DNA of 64,000 nucleotides from contig OX597814.1 in assembly GCA_951406725.2 (NCBI GenBank), positions 2,666,001-2,730,000 of the forward strand, read 5' to 3'. Positions within the stretch are counted from its first letter, which is position 1. Every line of letters starts with the position of its first letter. The notes below the pieces were generated by a model. The model saw only the letters and a program-made list of their open reading frames with translations. It ran no database searches and was not told where the DNA came from. The stretch comes from Octopus vulgaris (Eukaryota). The translations under genes and the position numbers were made by a program. Shown one piece after another: positions 57,386 through 64,000 of this stretch.

Positions 57386-60177
57386 TACACTAAAATTTTA
57401 AACAATTATTATAAAGGTTGTGCTCCCGTATGGGCGCGAACTCAGACTGAAACCAATAAGAGGTTCGCTTCCAGCAAGTGATTTGTTTATATCTTTTAGT
57501 CACCAACTCTTGATGTATATAGATTAAAATTACTTGTGTGTGTGTAGGAGGGTCTCCATGTATATAAATGTCCATGTGTGTTTGCGTAAGGTGTATATGT
57601 GCGCCAGTGTATGTGTTGCTGTGAACGTCAAGTAATACGTTATACACGACTAAAAAATAACGGTTTGTGTATAACAAACCTGGAGACAGCAATATTCGGT
57701 AACCCTGTACAAGGACAGAACTAAGGGGAGTTGTGTTCTACATATTGATGATGCTCGTGAAGGTATTGATTATGATGATGATGATGGTGGTGATGATGAT
57801 GATGGTGGTGGTGATGATGATAATGATGATGATGATGGTGGTGGTAGTGCTGCTGGTGGTGATGATGGCGATGATGATGATGGTGGTGGTGGTGGTAATG
57901 ATGGTGATAAGGATGATGGTGGTGGGGGGGTGAGACTAGTTATCATCATCACCATCATCATCAACACCATCGTTCTCGTCTTCATCTGTGCATACGTGTA
58001 CTATGGGACCTGTGCGTTGATTGTATGTGTGTTTGTGTTTGTTTGTGCGCATGTGTGTGTGTGTGTGTGTGTGTGTATTCATTCACACATACACATTTGT
58101 GCATGTATATATAGGGACACAGACAGAGCAGCATGTAGATATATGTTGTGAGCAGTGAGTGTGAGTGTGTGTGTATGTAGGTTTGTGCGTGTGTGTGTTT
58201 GTGTGTGTTTTAAATACAGATGCACACATATACATAAATATACACCTACATACATACACATACAACACATACATACATACACACATATATACGCATATAC
58301 ATATACTCATACACATACGCATACATACATACACATACATACATACATACACACACATACATACAGGCATACATACACACACATATGCATACGTAAATAC
58401 ATACATACATACATGCATACATACACACATACATACATACATACATACATGCATACATACATACATACATACATACATACATACATACATACATGCATGC
58501 ATAAACTCATACATACATACACATACATTCATACACACACACATACATACATGCATGCATATACACACGTACACATATACATACATACACATACACACAC
58601 GCATACATACATAGTGAATTTTTTTATAATCGTGCGAGAGAGTGCGTGGGTGTGTTTCTGGGTGGTGTATGGATAGGTGTGTTCATGTATATACCGCCTT
58701 GTGTGAGCGCGTGTGTGTGGTTGTGTGGTGTTGTAGTTTGTACGTATATGTATATGAACGTGTTTATGTATGTCTGTATGACTCCTTGTGTGTGTTTGAT
58801 TGTGTGTGTGTTTCACACACATGGGAACACACACATTCTCGCTTATCGCTCAACTGTTTAAATAAACGAATGCAAGCTTGCTATTAGCCAGCCACACGTC
58901 TAACAACCAATGCAAGATGGCTATCTGCTGATGTTAGGGCGTAAACGGACCCATCGATTATGAAGTGATTAGCAAAGACCAGAGATGTACTGACCAGAAC
59001 GTCCAGTTGTCCTAACTAATGTATCGAGTTTTATCCTGACTTGGACATCGCACTCCTGCCAGAATTCTCAAGGCACTGCGTAAAGTCCGAAAACCAAAGC
59101 ATTAATTTGATAATATTGAGAGTGAAAAATGAAAAATAATAATAAAAAAATCGGCCGCGGAATCACAAGACTGAAAAATACCAAAGTTAGACTAATAGGA
59201 ATCAGTCAGTCCAGAGAGTAAGAATTACCAACCAAGCAAAAACAACAAACGAATAACAAACATAGAAATAAAAACCGGAAAATGTAGCAAAAACAAAACA
59301 CCCCAGAGTATAGTATTGGTGGTTATTAAGGATTGAACCAAGTTTCAGACGAAGATAAGCTAATTCGTCTTATCACACGTCAAACAGGCATATGGCTTGT
59401 GTTAGCCATGTTCATGTTGCTAGCTGCCTCCTCTTGCACGTTATTGCTTTAATACTCTTCCTCTTCCTCCTCCTCCTCCTCCTCCTCCCCGTCTTCTTCT
59501 TCCTCTCCCTCCTTTTTCTTCTTCTTCTTCTTTTTCTTCTTCTTCTTCTTCTTTGTTATTTTCACCACCCCCCTCTTTTGTTTTAGTGTTTAGCAATAAG
59601 TGATAAGCAGGTGTTGGCGGCAACATTACATTGCCTCAAGCTACTCTGCGTGTACGCTTGTTTGCGTGTGTGTGTACACACACACATACACACACACACA
59701 CACACATATATATATATTACAAAATGATATATATATATATAAACATACATGCTTACACATACGCAGTGCGAGACTGACTGACAGTCAGACAGACAAACAG
59801 ACAGAGATGTGTAAGTGCTTGCATGTATGTATGTACATATGTATGTATATACATATATACATGTCCGTGTGTGTGTATGTGTGCAGATGGCGTATGTACG
59901 CACAGGCTCACTCACACGCATATACTTACACATAGAAATGAATGAATGAACGAATATACACGTAGCCATATGTGTGTATCACTCACTCTCATGCGTATAT
60001 GTCAATGTGTAAAAGTCTGTATATGGGTATATGTGTCGGTATATATATGTATGCCCGCGCGCATTTAAGTTTGTTTCCTTTCTATACATGTAGATGTAAT
60101 ACAGCGTAAGCAAGAATTTAGTACATACACACAGCAGTATAGACATACACACACACACACACAAACACTCACACATA

Positions 60178-60244
<67 letters not shown>

Positions 60245-60269
60245 TCCTATATAATTATAAATATATATA

Positions 60270-60305
<36 letters not shown>

Positions 60306-60353
60306 CATATATATATATAAATACACACGTATCCTCATACATGCATTTTCATG

Positions 60354-60385
<32 letters not shown>

Positions 60386-60715
60386 CATGCATACATATAT
60401 ATATATATGCATATATATATATGCGTATATGTATACATATAAACATGATCATCTACTTAAATCTACAAGGTTATATACATATACACACATGCACAAACAC
60501 AAACGCATACATATACGCTCAATTATTCTTGGGGACATTTGTCGATCAAGATTGAGTATTTTTCTGTCACTTGTATGCAGAAAGCTATGCAAGATTTCTG
60601 TAATTCAGTTCTAGAGAATGGTGGCTTCGTCAACCATTCAAGATTCTCCTCTTTCCGCCATTAGTGTTCTGCTATCAAAAAGGCTCTTACCTGCAAACTG
60701 GTACGACTTTAGTCA

Positions 60716-60759
60716 AAATGTCTGACGAAGGCATGCATGCCGAAACATCGAAGACATTT
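60716..60759 (+). ncRNA. Degenerate hammerhead motif
   Basis: AAATGT-CTGACGA-A-GGCATGCATGCC-GAAAC-ATCGAAG-ACATTT; the NUH cleavage triplet is broken. Confidence 0.5.
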
Positions 60760-60795
60760 CTAACCGTATCCTTGTAAAACTCATACACACTCACT

Positions 60796-60830
<35 letters not shown>

Positions 60831-60842
60831 ATATATATATAC

Positions 60843-60906
<64 letters not shown>

Positions 60907-61085
60907 AATGAAATAAAACATATGCATATATATAAACATATATGTACGTACCTACCTTACATGTACATATACACGCATATATGAGTACAGGACACCAAAG
61001 GGACGTCGAACACAAAGAGAAACGAAAACATAGACACAAACCAAAGGAACTGGACATATTTTTAAAAACAACATACATACATACA

Positions 61086-61116
<31 letters not shown>

Positions 61117-61413
61117 GTACATATATATATATATAAATACATATCTATTTTTTCGTTATATTTCATTTTCCTTCCGTTAAGTGTAATGTTATTTTCCCTT
61201 GGAAACATCTTTTCTGTGGCTATACTAGTAACGGAGCCATTCTTAGCACTAGAGCTATCCACATAGTGGTAACTCTCTCATAATTTATGTATAAATTTGT
61301 ATTATCTCCCTAGTTTTATGTGCTAAGCCACTTGGTGTTAAATTAATGGTATTATTAAATTAATATCAAATTTTTCACCCTCATTTATAAATTTATGTAT
61401 ATATATATATATT

Positions 61414-61445
<32 letters not shown>

Positions 61446-61495
61446 TATGTCTATCACTGTTTAAGTTGCCTAATAGTGGTTTAATCGCTAATTTA

Positions 61496-61529
<34 letters not shown>

Positions 61530-61660
61530 GAGGTATGTTCTGTTAAGATCGTGTAAGAGTACAAATAGAACTTGTTCACCCTTAGAATTCCCAAACAGCC
61601 GGTAGTATTCTTGTGGTATGCTACCAATTCTAGATTTACTTACGGAGAAAGCAACCGAGT

Positions 61661-61782
61661 ATCGCCTGAGGAGATACCTATAGATCTTCTTATACAGGTA
61701 AATCGTTACATGATTTAATTCAAACTTAACTTTAAATCGTGTATATACGAGGATCTCTACGTATCGAAACGTTTGTAGCGAT
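61661..61782 (+). ncRNA. Type I hammerhead ribozyme with about 93-nt stem II
   Basis: ATCGC-CTGAGGA-GATAC...GTATC-GAAAC-GTTT-GTA^GCGAT, with internal pairings AGATCT/GGATCT and TACATGATTTAA/TTAAATCGTGTA. Confidence 0.82.
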
Positions 61783-61841
61783 TCAAAAGCAGCCTAACCG
61801 AACTTGCTCTTCCGTTTGACTCTTTTACTTTTACTATTTAC

Positions 61842-61887
<46 letters not shown>

Positions 61888-61901
61888 TAGCTAAATAGAT
61901 A

Positions 61902-61967
<66 letters not shown>

Positions 61968-62239
61968 AGCTTAGAGAAGAGGAAGAACGAAACGAAACGA
62001 AACGAATCGAATCGAATCGACGAAAGGGATTTCTCCTTGTGTAGTTGTCTTGTACTGTTTTTTCGTTGTTAAAAAAATGGTCCGTTCCATGCTGTTTTTA
62101 CTTTTTCGTTTCTCGTTGAGTTCTACGTTTATTTGTGGTGTCCTGTACACACGTATATATATTTATATATGCATGTATATATACATGTAGATGTAGGTAC
62201 GTACGTATATGTTTGTATGTATGCATATATTTTATTTAT

Positions 62240-62285
<46 letters not shown>

Positions 62286-62286
62286 G

Positions 62287-62354
<68 letters not shown>

Positions 62355-62960
62355 GATAGTTATATATATATGTGTACATATTTGTATGTGTATGTGTGTA
62401 TGTATCTGCATATACATTATGGATATATCTATATATATATTTATATAGATGTGTATATGTATGTATGAATGTATATATATGTATGTAAATATGTGTGTGT
62501 GATTGTGTGTGTGTTTGTGTTTGTGCATATGTTCTCGCTTTTAAGATATGCATTATACTCTAAGCAAAAATATACTGGTCTGTTTTGCGTTGGTTTTTCG
62601 ACTCCACGTCTCTCATTGTCTGCTATTGTCGAAATGGCAGACATTTTGCCGTTAACTATGAAGCGATTTTCCATTTATCTACCAGCGCCAAAGAGAAAAC
62701 AGAGTTTTACAATTTGCAAGGAAAACGAGGCAGAGATTATTACTGGACACGTGGCCAACTTCAAGGTTTGTAGGGGCTGCAATCATCGTATGGAAGGTGA
62801 ATCTATAACTGCGGCTGTTAGCCGTCATTTGTGTAACGTACAGCCGATGCGTGGAGTTTATTGTTGTGGCCAAGACAACGCTAGGAATTAATATGAACCG
62901 GAAAAACAATACCATGACGAAAGTATCATACATTTGACTTTTCCGTATAATGTATACGAT

Positions 62961-63345
62961 AGGAGGCGCAATGGCCCAGTGGTTAGGGCAACGGACTCGC
63001 GGTCATAGGATCGCGGTTTCGATTCCCAGACCGGGCGTTGTGAGTGTTTATTGAGCGAAAACACCTAAAAGCTCCACGAGGCTCCAGCAGGGGATGGTGG
63101 TGATCCCTGCTGTACTCTTTCACCACAACTTTCTGTCACTCTTACTTCCTGTTTCTGTTGTACCTGTATTTCAAAGGACCGGCCTTGTCACTCTCTGTGT
63201 CACGCTGAATATCCCCGAGAACTACGTTAAGGGTACACGTGTCTGTGGAGCGCTCAGCCACTTACACGTTAATTTCACGAGCAGGCTGTTCCGTTGATTC
63301 GGATCAACCGGAACCCTCATCGTCGTAACCGACGGAGTGCTTCCA
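62961..63345 (+). mobile_element. SINE family C, full length
   Basis: Copy of 43667-44043. Confidence 0.85.
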
Positions 63346-63389
63346 TCCATACCGTAAAAGTAAGAGAAAAGGCATATTTGGCAATCCGT

Positions 63390-63860
63390 CGATTACAATG
63401 ATACCGGTTCCAGTTCATGCGATCGACGGAACAGTCTGCTTGGGAAATTAACGTGCAAGTGGCCGAGTGCTCCACAGACACGCGTACCCAAAAACCTAGT
63501 TCTCAGTGGGATCCAGCGCCACATAGATTGAGACAAGGCCGGCCATTTGAAACACAGGTACAACTCAATTTTGCAGCTGATGGGACTGGGGCAATGTGGA
63601 ATTAAGTGTCTTGCTAAGGGACATAATGCACCAGCAGAAATCGAACACATTACGTTACGATTGTGACCCGAATAGCCTAACCACTAGGCCACGCGCCTTC
63701 CCGGAGCGGCTGTATGTTAAGAAGCTTGCGTCCCAAAAGAATGGTTCCAGGCTCAGCCCCACTGCGTGATAGCTTGAGCAAGTGCCTTCTACTATAGCCT
63801 CGGGCCGACCAAAGCCTTGTGAGTGGATCTGGCGGACGGAAACTGAAAGAAGCACATCGT
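63390..63860. mobile_element. Two SINEs head to head (minus 63390-63700; family A head plus 63705-63860)
   Basis: Similarity to other copies. Confidence 0.7.
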
Positions 63861-63873
63861 ATAAGTATATATG

Positions 63874-63905
<32 letters not shown>

Positions 63906-63915
63906 TGTATGTATG

Positions 63916-63949
<34 letters not shown>

Positions 63950-64000
63950 TGTATGTATGTATGTATGTATGTATGTATATGTGTATGTATGTATGTATGT

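Noticed and set aside
62560-62891. Unique-sequence ORF or possible host exon (similarly 8529-8700 and 47500-47610)
   Set aside because: No recognisable domain or convincing splice structure; needs RNA-seq or homology evidence.

Overview
This is AT-rich, microsatellite-saturated eukaryotic DNA with no recognisable host gene. The SINE and microsatellite style suggests a cephalopod such as Octopus (inference only). Nearly all long ORFs in the track are simple-repeat artefacts. The real coding remnants are all from transposons: a Penelope-like element (PLE) RT+GIY-YIG fragment (3.8-5.2 kb), a 3.3-kb near-perfect palindrome of a PLE 3' end (9.0-12.3 kb), a Tigger/pogo transposon, a (TAA)n-inserted R4/Dong-like retrotransposon with a restriction-like endonuclease (RLE), a deleted mariner, and RTE-, Vingi- and CR1-like LINE ends. 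Several tRNA-derived SINE families are also present. The main hidden signal is about 20 type I hammerhead ribozyme (HHR) motifs, intact or degenerate, from about a dozen sequence-unrelated families. Most lie in short non-coding modules next to or between (TA)n tracts, many of which are fold-back inverted repeats with a one-sided tail. Several have 45-95 nt hairpins in place of stem II and palindromic stem III loops. All motifs were read by eye and none has been folded computationally or tested.
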